Assembly (NCBI RefSeq): GCF_009914755.1
Contig: NC_060936.1
DNA length: 64,000 nt
Reading direction: 5' to 3' (one strand)
Source: the human T2T-CHM13v2.0 reference genome, Homo sapiens
Position 1 is the first letter of the stretch. Each line of letters begins with the position of its first letter. The position numbers and the translations under genes are program-made. Below are positions 25,185 through 39,500 of this stretch, piece by piece. The notes under the pieces are model-generated. The model was not told the origin of the DNA. It saw only the letters and a program-made list of their open reading frames with translations, and did no database searches.

Positions 25185-25930
25185 ACACAAGAAACTGTTC
25201 AAATCAACCAGAAAATAGCAATCTTAATACAAAAAATGGGTGAAGTATATAAAAACTTATAGAACAGAAAACCCAGAAGAACTAAGAAAAAAAGCATATG
25301 AAATCATCAAAGAAATGCAAATTAAAACTGCAATTAGTTTTATATCACACTTTTAAAAAGGCAAAAATTAGAAGCCAGTTTAGGTAAATTCTGGTTAGAG
25401 GGTGTGTGTGTGTGCGTGTGTGTGTGTGTGTGTGTGTTTAGAAGTCTCATACATTGCTAGTGGGAAGGTAGACAAGGGCTGCTGTCGGCCATGTGGCACT
25501 ATTTAGTCAAATTAATCGCAGGCATGCCCTATGACTTAGCAATTCCATTCCTGGGTCTATTTTTTTCCAAAATGCTCACACTGCTCTGGAAGAAAACATG
25601 TGCAAGGATGTTCACTGCAGTGGCAGGAAGTTAGTTGCAATTTCGATGAATGAAAAGGTAAAGGTGGCAGATACACACCAAGGAGTACCAGGGACAGCTG
25701 CAAGTAATGGAGTAGACATACCCAGAGCAACATGAGTGGATCTTAAAAGCACACAGCTGGGTAACAAAGAGTAAGACACAGTGCGATTTATATCACAATA
25801 ACAAATGCAAAAATTGAAAGGAGATGCTTACAAATTGCAGTATACATTTTTCAAGAACACATGCTCTTTTAAAAAAAAAATACACATTAAATGTATTAGA
25901 ATGGTTGCCTGTGCAGAGAGGAGAAAAGAA
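25185..25930 (+). mobile_element. L1ME-like fragment containing (TG)n at about 25403-25437
   Basis: atcaaagaaatgcaaattaaaac and cctatgacttagcaattccattcctggg ORF2-end motifs. Confidence 0.7.
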
Positions 25931-28529
25931 ATGAGCTATGGGGAATAAAAGAAAACAGGTGAATAAAAAAAGCTAAAACAAGGGAAATAAGAAAGCAAAC
26001 CAAAAATAAACAACCAGAACCACAAAAGGAGGAAACTAAAGGGAAAACAAACAGAAGTAAAAAATTGTTTTATTTATTCAGAAGCAGCATGAGGTTAAAG
26101 CTGCCAAAGCTAAACTGAAATATGTCCCCACATTTTCCCTCTCCTCCGCTTGTGTCAGGGAGAGAGCACCACACTTCAACCTTGCCTTATGTAACTGTGA
26201 GTGGTCTGTTGTAATCAGATGAGGCTGAGTGCTGGGCAAGGGTGTGCTCTGAGCAAAGCAAGAAATGCCACTCATCTGGCTGGGGTTGAATTTCTCAAGA
26301 CAAACACAAACTGGGATTGGAAAAAACAGATTATCTCTGTTTTCACCTAGGAGGTGATTGGAAAAAGTGAATTTGGCTTCATAGGCTGTCACTGTTACCA
26401 AAGGATTGTTTAGGAGAGATCAAAAGAGGCCAGGACCTGTAAGCAGTGTCAAATTCTAACTGGGAAATTGAAAAAGTTGTGTATTTCTTCTTACCAGATC
26501 AGTAGATTATGAAAACCTGACCATAAAGATATAGTATAACTGTACTGTGATTCACTCAAAATTCTAATAATTTTCTCTTCTATAAAACTGCTTCACAAAG
26601 GAGTGCAGAAATTTCCTGCCTCTCCAGTTGCCCCCTCTAATCCTCAACTTTGTTCATATCTATCTTGTTGCCTGGTCTAGTCTCCTGGTGGTGAAGAAAA
26701 TTAACAAAAAGAAGTTGCTGAACTACTCATTTTTAAAATTTTTACTTATTATAGTTCAATGAATATGTCAGAAAAAGCAAAACCACAAAGATAAAAATCC
26801 ATTTCTCTTTAAACAGAGTGTTAAATTAGAAGGAATTTAGCTGTAAAATTATTAGTGATATTTTTCTGGGAAATGACAGTATAACAGAAAATGAGTTGAC
26901 ACTTCTCAAATAGGTACTGTAGATGGTTTGGTGCCCTTGAAACACAATCACATGTATTCCCAGGATGCCCTGGAGTTTCTGGCACAAAGGACAGACAGCC
27001 GAAGACTTAATATTGGACAGCCAATTTACATCTACCCCAAGATATGTGATTCTGTGAAATAGAGTGCATTAGAAATGCACAGTTCATACTGCAGCACTAG
27101 AAAATACTATAGGCATTATGATAACCAAACTCAAAATATATACAATTACATTTTAAGCATATAATTAAAATACAACTTGTATGCACTGAAGCCAAAAGGT
27201 ATTTGGAATGGCTATGTTGAGAGAATATGGAGTCAGTAGAATAGAACAGAGTCCCTCTTGATCCCTCTGTCAATGCTGTCCATCTACATCCAGAGTTAGA
27301 AACCTAGGTGTGCTGTCCGTCAAATTAAACTATTCTCTTTTTCTGCACGCCCACTCTATTAGCTTTCTTCTGGGAAAGCGACCATGTAGAAACTTCAAAT
27401 GATGCCAACAGTAAACTCTCCCCAAAAGTCTACAGAATGTGAAAATATCTGAAACAAGTACAGTTCATCTACTGTTGGTGGAGCAAAGCATAAACTTTAA
27501 CCCATACTGTGTTATAGTACTAGACATATCACAAAGAATTTACTTCCCATCAATTCATTCTACAAGTTATTGTCCTGAAAACATCCCTGTAACAGGAACT
27601 ATAGACTGAAAAACAATATGAGTAATGATCTCTGCTCTCCAGGAGCTGAAGATCTTTTTTTTCTTTTTCTTTTTTGAGACAGAGTCTTGCTATGGACCTT
27701 TTAAAGAGCGATAGTTATTGTAACTTCAGGTGTTATCTCTATGTTTCCTGCAATTCAGAGATAATAATTTTAACAGAGAGCAATATTGAGAAATTAGTAC
27801 CTTTGCTTCTTGTTCCTATAGATTCAATCAATACAAAGAATAAATAAAGCAATATTCCCCTTCATGGTAAGCAGGATCTAGAATCCCTTGTCCTAGAATT
27901 AACAGCTTTTTCTGATTCAGGTCCAGAGGAAGCGAATTAAGTTGGCTCATCTGAAGAGTGGCAGGAGATAGTGAGTTTTGTGTTTGGAAGTTAGAGATAA
28001 ATGAAGCTAATCAAAGTCCAGCAGAGAAATCCATATTGTTCCTACCACATGCCAGGAAGTGTCAGGAACATTAATAGGGCAGCTTATGAAGCCAGGGGGA
28101 GAATTTCTCCCAAATCCAAGTGTGTGATTGAAATTGGACATTCTACTTTTCTTGTATTCAAATGTCATGCATCCGTTCATATCCATTTCATAAAAATAAA
28201 CAAAGGTCTGGTTTACAAGATATCTGACTCTTAAAAAACCCTTCCACTTATTCTATGAATGCCTAGACAGATTATTTTCCATATTTCAGTCTTATAAAAG
28301 GCAAGAATATTTCCTCATTCGGTTAATAGCTAGTGAGCCCAATCTTTATGCCAGACTCTACATTACGCACTAGGAGCACAAAAGGAAATTGCACACTCTT
28401 CTTGTTCCTGGTAGGTCCCAGCTGAGAGGAGGATACTGGCATGTAAAGGACTAATTAGGCAAAAACTTCACACTGTGGGAGACGAAAGGAGAGCAAAAAA
28501 CTCTCCCTCAGGAAGTTAGAGAAGGCTCA

Positions 28530-29075
28530 CATAGTGAATGCTTCCACCACCCCCCACCCTCCCTGGAGGACTGAAGCACTCGTCCTCCAGCTGCCTCATC
28601 AAGATAAGGTTCCTTCCCAGGAGCAGACCACATGGGAAATCCTACCCCTTTGCCCCAGTTCAAGACAACTTTGCAGCATCATCCCAGCTTCCAAGTTCCC
28701 AGGAGGATTGACTAAGGCCTTTGTTATGACTGAATCAGCAGTTCCCCGTCCCCCTTCCAACCTAGGAGTAGGCAAATTTTTTCTGAAAGGGCTACAGAGT
28801 AAAATGTTTTAGGCTTTGCAGGCCACATAAGGTCAATTTCTGTCGGATAGCCTATTTTTTTTTTTAAACCCATTGAAAATGTAAAAACCATTCTTACTTA
28901 TCTCAGGGCCAAATACAATCAGGCCATGAACCAGATTTGGTTTGTGGAATTTTGTTCCACCCTAAACAGCTTTTCTCACCTGCTCTCCACAGCTGTTAAT
29001 CCCAAAAGGACCTCCCAGTAAACATCCGGCAAGCTAATCCCTGTCTCAATTCTATTTCCTGGGGAGCCTGAGGAT
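28530..29075. mobile_element. LTR16-like LTR interrupted by a MER58-like MITE (about 28765-28965)
   Basis: LTR16-like body; MER58 motif ggcaaattttttctgaaagggc...aggctttgcaggcca. Confidence 0.6.
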
Positions 29076-29407
29076 TCAGTTTGACAAAGGAAGTACTTAG
29101 GACCCAAAGGTTTAACCAGGCTGGTGACACTGAAATTTACCTATGCCCTGTGGTTCTGAAAAGTAGCTTTCCAGAATTCCTCACCCTTTTTGTGTTCTGG
29201 GAAAGGGTTTACTGCAAAGAATCCCCTTCCCAGGTGACACATGAGACTCAAAATTCACTCTTTCTCCTAACTCACATAAGACTCACAAATGTTTCTGTAT
29301 AACAAAGCCAGACCCTGAAAAACTGTCTTTGTTTCATAAATAATTAGCTGAACTGTTTATCCTCCCAAAACTAGCTTGACACAGAGATAAACATTTCTTG
29401 TTCATCT

Positions 29408-31011
29408 TGTCAGAGGCATTCGAACCAGAGCAACTTGAATACTGGCTGGATAAAATAAGGCTGAGACCTACTGAAGCAGGACATTTCACTGACCCCTTTG
29501 TGGAACTCGCAACAGGGGTGCCCCGTTTACTCAGCCCACAGCTCTCAACTCCTCATAGGAGGGAGTGAGCAAGCCAACAAGGCGGGAACTGGAATACACG
29601 AGTGCTAGAATCAGCTGGCTACTTCATAGCTGGCAAGAGCAAACTCCACTCACTCAGACCCGCTGCTTTCCACCCCTCGTCGGACAGGGCACACAGGTAA
29701 GCGGGTGCAGGAGCCAGGGTGAGTGCTACTGGGTGCTGGCAAGAGCAAACTCTGTGCATGCTCAGCGGCAGCACTGCGGGGGTGCCCACGACCCTTGAAG
29801 CCCCAGAGGGAGTGTTAGAGAGCTCTTTTCGCTCTTCCCTCCATGGACAGCTTAAGCGTTAACAGCTCAGTGTACCCTCTGCCTTTTCATGTGAGGCAGC
29901 TGCCTTCTGCCAACAAAGGCAAAGGGTCAGTGTGACAGTCTTTTTGCATCCACACTCACAGCTCCCGAGCTGTTGTCCAGTGTCCAGGAGAAATGAGATC
30001 ATGTGAACAAATTGAAGGATGGTAAACGTGGGGGATATTATTGCAGATGAAAGTGGCTCTCAATGTGAAGGAGAGCTGCAAAGGGGATAAAGTGGGAAGG
30101 TATTCTTCCCCCAAAGTCCAGCTATCTCCTGCCGGATTCCTCTCTGAAGTTACCAGAGAAGCTGTCAATCTGTCCCTCTGAAGTCAAGCCACTTTTCTCC
30201 AACACCCAGCAGTAGTAGCCAACGTCCAGCTGCTTCTCCTCTCTCTGCCGGCTGGGTTTGGGGTTTTTACAGGCACAGAATGGGGCAGGGTGGGTCTATG
30301 GGTTGTGTTGGAAAAGGCAACATTCAAGCAGGAAAACAGCGATGTAAACTCTCACTTTGGGCTGCAGTCTCCGGCTTTTTGGCTTGAGGGTGGGGCCCTT
30401 ACCAGGGACCTGCCCTCTTCTGCCCAGAATTTCTTTGCCGCCTGTCCCTATCACTACTGGGCTGCATTCCCAGGAGATTAGACATTCTAAGTCACAGGAT
30501 GAGATAGGAGGTTGGCATAAAATACAGGTCATGAAGACCTTGCTGATAAAACAGGTTGCAGAAAAGAAGCCAGCCAAAACCCACCAAAACCAAGATGGTA
30601 ACACAAGTGACCTCTAGTTGTCCTTACTGCTCATTATAATGCATTAGCATGCAGAAAGACACTCCCACCAGCACCATGACAGTTTACAAATGCCATGGCA
30701 ATGTCAGGAAATTATCCTATATGGTCTAAAAAGGGGAGGAACCCTCAGTTTCGGGTATTGCCCACCCCTTTCCTGGAAAGCTCATGAATAATCCACCCCT
30801 TGTTTAGCATATAATCAAGAAATAACTATAAGTATCCTTATTTGAGCAGCCCGTGCTGCTGCTTTGCCTATGGAATAGTCATTCTTTTATTCCTATACTT
30901 TCTTAATAAACCTGCTTTCACTTTACTGTATGGACTAGCTCTGAATTCTTTCTTGCACGAGATCCAAGAACCCTGTCTTGGAGTCTGGATTGGAACCCCT
31001 TTCCAGTAACA
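29408..31011 (+). mobile_element. MER41B-like solo LTR split by an inner LTR
   Basis: TGTCAGAGGCATTCGAACCAGAGCAAC start, TTCCAGTAACA end, TSD ATCT/ACCT. Confidence 0.88.
29472..30453 (-). mobile_element. LTR28/LTR27/MER52-group ERV1 solo LTR, 982 bp
   Basis: Minus strand starts TGATAGGGACAGG; perfect 4-bp TSD CTAC; the MER41 sequence rejoins across it. Confidence 0.85.
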
Positions 31012-31569
31012 ACCTGACAGACTGAGTCTCCCCCTGATTACAAAAAAAAAAAAAAAAAAAAAAATCCTAACTGTGAAGTCATCCCACATATAGCTTAGAC
31101 AAGCTCTTTGTTATAAAATCCAAGGCAAAACCACCCTGATGACACGCTCTGATCCTCAGATCTGGGGTGCTCTTGGTATTGCAAAATTCCAAATAAAATC
31201 AATCTCCCTACATGTTCTGGGTTTTAGTTTTTGTCTTTGTTTTTGCCTTTGCCTTTGACAGTGAGATGATGGCTGCAGGCAGAAGAAACGTAAGGTTCAA
31301 AGCACCAAAGTACAAAAGGATCTGATATTGTCACAGACTGAGAGATTTGATGTGGAGAGAGTATGGAGCTCTGGTGGGGGCCACAGTGCAAGGCTGGGGT
31401 AGTAAGTTAGAACAGGCTGAAGGGCCTTGATTCAACCACTAATGTGGTCATGTTCCTGAGGACCTTGGTGCAGTCCCCTCTTGGAGATAAAGAGGCTTGG
31501 CCACCATCCAGGCAAAAATAATTCCTTCAATAAAGAAAAAGACAGACTTTAAAAGTTATCACCAAGAAA

Positions 31570-32420
31570 ACATGGTCCCCTAAGATAGAGGACTTCAACT
31601 GACAAATCCCTAAAATTTTGGAAGAATTTTAGAAAAATAGGTATCTTCTTGTACATTTTTAAGTTGATGTTTAAGATTTATCTTTTAAAAAGTGAAAAGT
31701 AACATGTAGTTTGAGACATATTGTAAATATCAACATTTTCAAATAAAATCTTTTTATCAGATTTTTTAAGTATGCAGCAGAATCTAAATACACTAGATTT
31801 ATTCATTTTCTTAAAAAAAGACGAACACTTCCCTAATTTTATGTAGTTTCTTTCTCTGTTTGAACTTTCTATGTCATTTCACCAATACATTTTATACTAA
31901 TTTAATACATTTTTATGCTGAAAAGTCTTTCACTGATTATTCTGTCATACATGTTTGCTACAAAAACATGTGTATGATTTTTTCCTGTGCCCACCAGTCT
32001 AAAAGATTTAAAAATTTTCTCTTCTATAAACAACTATTCAAAACAACATAAAGATATTAACAAATTTAATGTAATTTTAAAGATAAAAATTTAAACTTAT
32101 TGAAAACACAATTCATACTGACATGGATCAAGCTCATTTATTTTGGATTAGTTTATATATCTATCAATGAATATTAGTTATTACTAGAAAGACAGAGTGT
32201 TCAGCATCCAGTCTATTTTTATTTTTACTTCATAGATATGAGCAATGAGCAACGTTGATCAGAAAAAAAGTGAATGGGAAAGAGTTTTCTTATGACAATA
32301 TCACTCAGTTCTTTAAATTCTTCTGAATTTTATACCAAAAAAATCACAGTAGTCTATCATCAAACATTATTTTTAATAATATGTCAATGGACACTTTGTT
32401 AGCCAGCCCTTCTGTTATAT
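31570..32420 (-). mobile_element. hAT-Charlie (Charlie7-like) transposase fossil, C-terminal region
   Basis: Frameshifted minus-strand peptides LLKIMFDDR, FKELSDIVIRKLFPF and KNRLDAEHSVFLVITNIH resemble the hAT dimerisation domain. May extend to about 33300. Confidence 0.65.
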
Positions 32421-33451
32421 TGAAAGCAAACAATAAGAAACCAATATATTTGAAAATGGACTTGTTATTCTATTATTAGAGCCACTGACATCCTCAATTT
32501 CTGAAAGGAAGAGCGCTAAGAGCACAAAGTCTTTACCATGACTCACTCAATGACAAGCCTATACCAGTGGCTCTTTCACTGAAAGGGGTTGTGTTTAATT
32601 CAATATATTTAGGCAGGGAGGGAGAAATTAAAATATTCAACTCAATGCATCTTTGAAAACTGTCAACATCCAGGAACAAAATGCAGTGTTATGCTCATTT
32701 AATTAGTGGGAAATATCCACCATATAACCTAATTAAGCAAGCCAACCCACATTTAATAATGTCAGCCATCAGCCACTCTTAAAAAAAAATCAGACCTCAA
32801 GTTTTAACTTCCAGTAAAAGGATAATACACGTATTTTCAGAAATATAAAATTCACTGTGAAATAAATTAGAAGTCATATCTTGTAATGTAAGTTACTAAA
32901 AGCAACCAAGACTGCAATTTTTCATATCTACATAATGTAATTTATCATTTTCTAATAAATTGACATGATCAAATGCCATTTTTATTTCTTAATTTGCAAG
33001 ACTAAATTATGAGTTATTTATAGTGAGGAGTCTGATATATATATACATGAACTATGTATAAAGTATAGTTAACAAATCTCTAATCAAAATTGTCTATGTA
33101 TTTTATTTTAAAAATTATATGTACTACTAAAAATTACTTAATCCAGCAGTTAGTTTCAATTATATTTTCCTAGTAGGAAGTAGAAAATATTAAATATTTT
33201 AGAGATGAAACAAGATTAGACTGACAGAAATCAGAATAATTATTTTATGAAATGATTTCAGAAAATAAGTTTAACTACTTCAGCATATGAGAAACTCCAA
33301 TCTGAAAAAAAAAATCATGTAACAGTTTTTATCTACTATCTTAAGGAATTTGACAGTTCCAGAACACTTTTCAGTTGCATATAAAATAATCAACAGCCTA
33401 ATTTGTAGTCATTTGCCTCCTCACTTCAAGCTAGCAACAGCTTGAAGCTGA

Positions 33452-35092
<1,641 letters not shown>

Positions 35093-35093
35093 C

Positions 35094-35240
35094 TAATGTC
35101 TGGCAAATGTTTATATTTTTTGTAGAGATGGGTTTTCACAATGTTGCCCCGGTTGGTCTCGAACTCCTGGGCTCAAGCAATCTGCCTGCCTTGGCCTCCC
35201 AAAGTGCTGAGATTACAGGCGTGAGCCATGGTGCCTGGCC
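35094..35240 (-). mobile_element. AluJ left arm fused to truncated Tigger1
   Basis: Left arm and linker only, no tail. Confidence 0.82.
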
Positions 35241-35482
35241 AATAGTTGTTTATTACTTAATATTTTTGGCAGGAAAATAAAAGGGACTTGAAAAACTCTT
35301 TAGGCTTATGTCTGTATCTTAGACTTCTGAGTATTTCACTCACTTCCACGTAAAGGGACCCATAACTCCTTTAGGGCCTATAAAGTAGATGGCAGTCTCT
35401 CTTTTGGCTAACACTTTACGTAAATTAGGTGATATATAATTTTATATTTTAAAATTTTTATATATGATACACAAAATATATA

Positions 35483-35838
35483 TAGATGCTCTTCTGCTTG
35501 TAATGGTGTTATGTCCTAATAAGCCCATCATAAGTTGAAAGTATCATAAGTTGAAAATGCATTTAATACACCTAACCTACTGAACATCATAGTTTAGCCT
35601 AGCATTCCTTAGACATGCTCAGAATGCTTATGTTAGCCTAAAGTTGGGCAAAATTATCTAACACAAAGCCTATTTCATAATAAAGTGTTAAATATCTCAT
35701 GGAAATTATTGAAGTTTCTACTGAAAGTGAAAAGCAGAATGGTTGTATGGGCACTTGAAGTTTCAGTTGAATACATTGCTTTCACACTACTATAGAGCTG
35801 AAAAATAGTAAGTCAACCTATCATTGGGGACTGTCCAT
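35483..35838. mobile_element. MER47A-like Tigger MITE
   Basis: AGATGCTC start, GGGGACTGTC end, TA flanks, internal aatgcatttaatacacctaacctactgaac. Confidence 0.82.
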
Positions 35839-36577
35839 ATATGAAACATACAACAGACAAAAGAAAGGGATTTGGTTTTCAAAATTGGAATTCTTATATA
35901 TTTTTTACATTTATTATGATAAAAAATTGAAAAAAAGAAAGAAGGAAAATCTTTCTAGACAAAACCTAGCAGAATCTCTACTTGAACAGTTTAATTGCCA
36001 CTGAAAAAATTAATCTTGCAATATTTTATACAAAATCTTATAATTGGTTCTATAATTAATTAAAATTTCATTACTGAGCAGATATGAAAAGCACAGCTTA
36101 TTTGAAGTATTTATTATTCCTTCTTGAATTGCTAATGAATTAAAGCCTCAAATGCATCTGTATTAAAGTCACCTTCCTGCTCATCTATCTACATGCTCAG
36201 AAAGTAATATGTTAAAACCAAGAGTCTTCATATATTTGGTGCTGTTATTTTTCTTAACTAGTGAATGCAAATTTATTCCATGGTACTTTCTGAAAAATTA
36301 ACTATGTTTCTGTTAACATCATCTTTTCCAGTCCAGTTGCTTTAGTAATTAAGATTCTATTTGAAGTTCATTTTCATTTAAGCATATTATAACTTTTGAC
36401 AACATTTTTCTCTTCATCAAAAGGTCAATGCAAAGTCATGTCAACAGCATTAACTGTTCTGATCTGTAGACTTCATGGAAGAAGATGCTACTTCACCCTC
36501 TGGATTTTAGTTCATATTTCTTAATCCATTTAAAACAAATGTAAGAGAATCTAATCATTTACTAAAAAAAAATCGGT

Positions 36578-39500
36578 AGTGACTGGCAAGATGGCTGAAT
36601 AGGAATAGCTACAGTCTGCAGCTCCCAGCGAGATCAATGCAGAAGGCAGGTGATTTCTACATTTCCAACTGAGGTACCCAGTTCATCTCATTGGGACTGG
36701 TTAGATGTTGGATGCAGCCCACAGAGGGCAAGCCAAAGCAGGGTGGGGCATTGCCTCACCTGGGAAGTGCAAGGGGTAGGGGAACTCCCTCCCCTAGCCA
36801 AGGGAAGCCAGGAAGAACTGTGCCATGAGGAATGGCTGGTTCCAGCCCAGATACTATGCTTTTCCCATGGTCTTCACAACCCACAGACCAAGAGATTCCC
36901 TTGGGTGACTACGCCACCAAGGCCCTGAGTTTCAAGCACAAAACTGGGCAGCTGTTTGGGCAGACACCAAGCTAGCTGCAGCAGATTTTTTTCATACCCC
37001 AGTGGCTCCTGGAATGCCAGTGAAACAGAACCATACACTCCCCTGGAAAGGGAGCTGAAGCCAGGGAGCCAAGTGGTCTAGCTTAGTGGATCCCATGCCT
37101 ACAGATCTCAGCAAGCTAAGATCCACTGGTTGAAATCGCTACAAGCCCAGCAGTCTGAAGTTGACCAGGGACGCTCGAGCCTGGTGTGGGGAGGGGCATC
37201 TGCCATTACTGAGGCTTGAGTAGGCAGTTTTCCCTGTACAGTGTAAATAAAGCCTCCAGGAAGTTTGAACTGGGCAGAGCCCACTGCAGCTCGACATTCC
37301 TCCTCTCTGGGCAGGGCATCTCTGAAAGAAAGGCAGCAGCCCCAGTTAGGGGCTTACAGATAAAACCCCTATCTCCCTGGGACAGAGCACCTGAGGGAAA
37401 GGGCGGCTGTCAACCCAGCTTCAGCAGACTTAAATGTTCCTGCATGCCAGCTCTGAAGAGAGCAGCAGATCTCCCAGCACAGTGCTCGAGCTCTGCTAAG
37501 GGCCAGACTGCCTCCTCAAATGGGTCCCTGACCCCTGTGCCTCTTGACTGGGAGACATCTCCCAGCAGGGGTAGACAACTCATATAGGAGCACTCTGGCT
37601 GGTATCTGGCAGGTGCCCTCTGGGACAAAGCTTCCAGAGGAAGGAATAGGCAGCAATCTTTGCTATTCTGCAGACTCTGCTGGTGATACCCAGGCAAACA
37701 GGGTCTGTAGTGGATCTCCAGTAAACTCCAGCAGACCTGCAGGAGAGGGCCTGAGTGTTAGAAGGAAAACTAACAAACAGAAAGGAATAGCATCAACATC
37801 AACAAAAAGGACATCCACACGGAAACCCCATCCGAGGGTCACCAACAACAAAGACCAAAGGTAGATAAATCCACAAAGATGAGGAAAAACCAGTGCAAAA
37901 AGGCTAAAAATTCCAAAAACCAGAACACCTCTTCTCCTCCAAAGGATCACTACTCCTCGCCAGCAAGGGAACAAAACTGGACAGAGAATGAGCTTGACAA
38001 ATTGACAGAAGTAGGCTTCAGAAGGTAGGTAATAACAAATTCCTCCAAGCTAAAGGAGCATGTTCTAACCCAATGCAAGGAAGCTAAGAACCTTGAAAAA
38101 AGGTTACAGGAATTGCTAACTAGAATAACCAGCTTAGAGAAGAACATAAATGACCTGATGGAGATGAAAAACACACCATGAGAACTTCGTGAAGCATATA
38201 CAAGTATCAATAGACGAACTGATCAAGCAGAAGAAAGGATATCAGAGATTGAAGATCAACTTAATGAAGTAAAGCATGAAGACAAGATTTGAGAAAAAAA
38301 GAATGAAAAGGAACGAACAAAGCCTCCAAGAAATACAGGACTATGTGAAAAGACCAAACCTACATTTGACTGGTGTACCTGAAAGTGACAGGGAGAATGG
38401 AACCAAGTTGGAAAACACTCTTCAGGATCTTATCCAGGAGATCTTCCCCAGCCTAGCAAGACAGGCCAACATTCAAATTCAGGAAATACAGAGAACACCA
38501 CAAAGATACTCCTCAAGAAGAGCAACCCCAAGACACATAATCGTCAGATTCACCAAGGTTGAAATGAAGGAAAAAATGCTAAGGGCAGCCAGAGAGAAAG
38601 GTCGGGTTACCCACAAATGGAAGCACATCTGACTAACAGCATATCTCTCTGCAGAAATGCTAGAAGCCAGAAGAGAGTGGGAGTCAATACTCAACATTCT
38701 TAAAGAAAAGAATTTTCAAACCAGAATTTCATATCCAGCCAAACTAAGCTTTGTAAGCGATATGGAAAGGAAAAACTGATAGCGGCCACTGCAAAAACTA
38801 CCAAATTGTAAAGACCATCAACACTATAAAGAAACTAACTTTGTAGTTGCTTTATAACATATGCAACAACTAACGGGCAAAATAACCAGCTAGCATCATA
38901 ATGACAGGATCAAATTCATGCATAACAATATCAACCGTAAATGTAAATGGACTAAATACCCCAATTATAAGACACAGACTGCCAAATTGGATAAAGAGTC
39001 AGGACCCATCAGTGTGCTGTATTCAGGAGACCCATCTCACATGAAAAGACACACATAGGCACAAAATTAAGGGATAGAGGAATATGTGCCAAGCAAATAG
39101 AAAGCAAAAATAAGCAGGGGATGTAATCCTCATCTCTGATAAAACAGACTTTAAACCAGCAAAGATAAAAAAAGATAAACAAGGGCATTACATAATGGTA
39201 AAGGGATCAATGCAACAAGAAAAGCTAACTATCCTAAATATATATGCACCCAATACAGCAGCACCCAGATTCATAAAGCAAGTTCTTAGAGACATACGAA
39301 GAGACTTAGACTCCCACACAATAATAGTGGGAGACTTTAACACCCCACTGTCAATATTAGACAGATCAATGAGACATAAAAATAACAAGAATATTCAAGA
39401 CTTGAACTCAGCTCTGGACCAAGCGGACCTAATAGACATCTACAGAACTCTTCATCCCAGATCAACAGAATATACATTTTTCTCAGCACCACTTCACACT

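Larger units (their letters stand above)
29125..31260 (+). mobile_element. MER89/90/92-like LTR, outer element of a triple nest
   Basis: TGACA start, ccctttttgtgttctgggaaagggtttactgcaaagaa motif; resumes after 31015 with TATAAAA, AATAAA and TTTGACA end. Confidence 0.6.

Noticed and set aside
37108-37206. ORF0 in the L1PA7-like element
   Set aside because: ATG present but it stops after about 32 codons.
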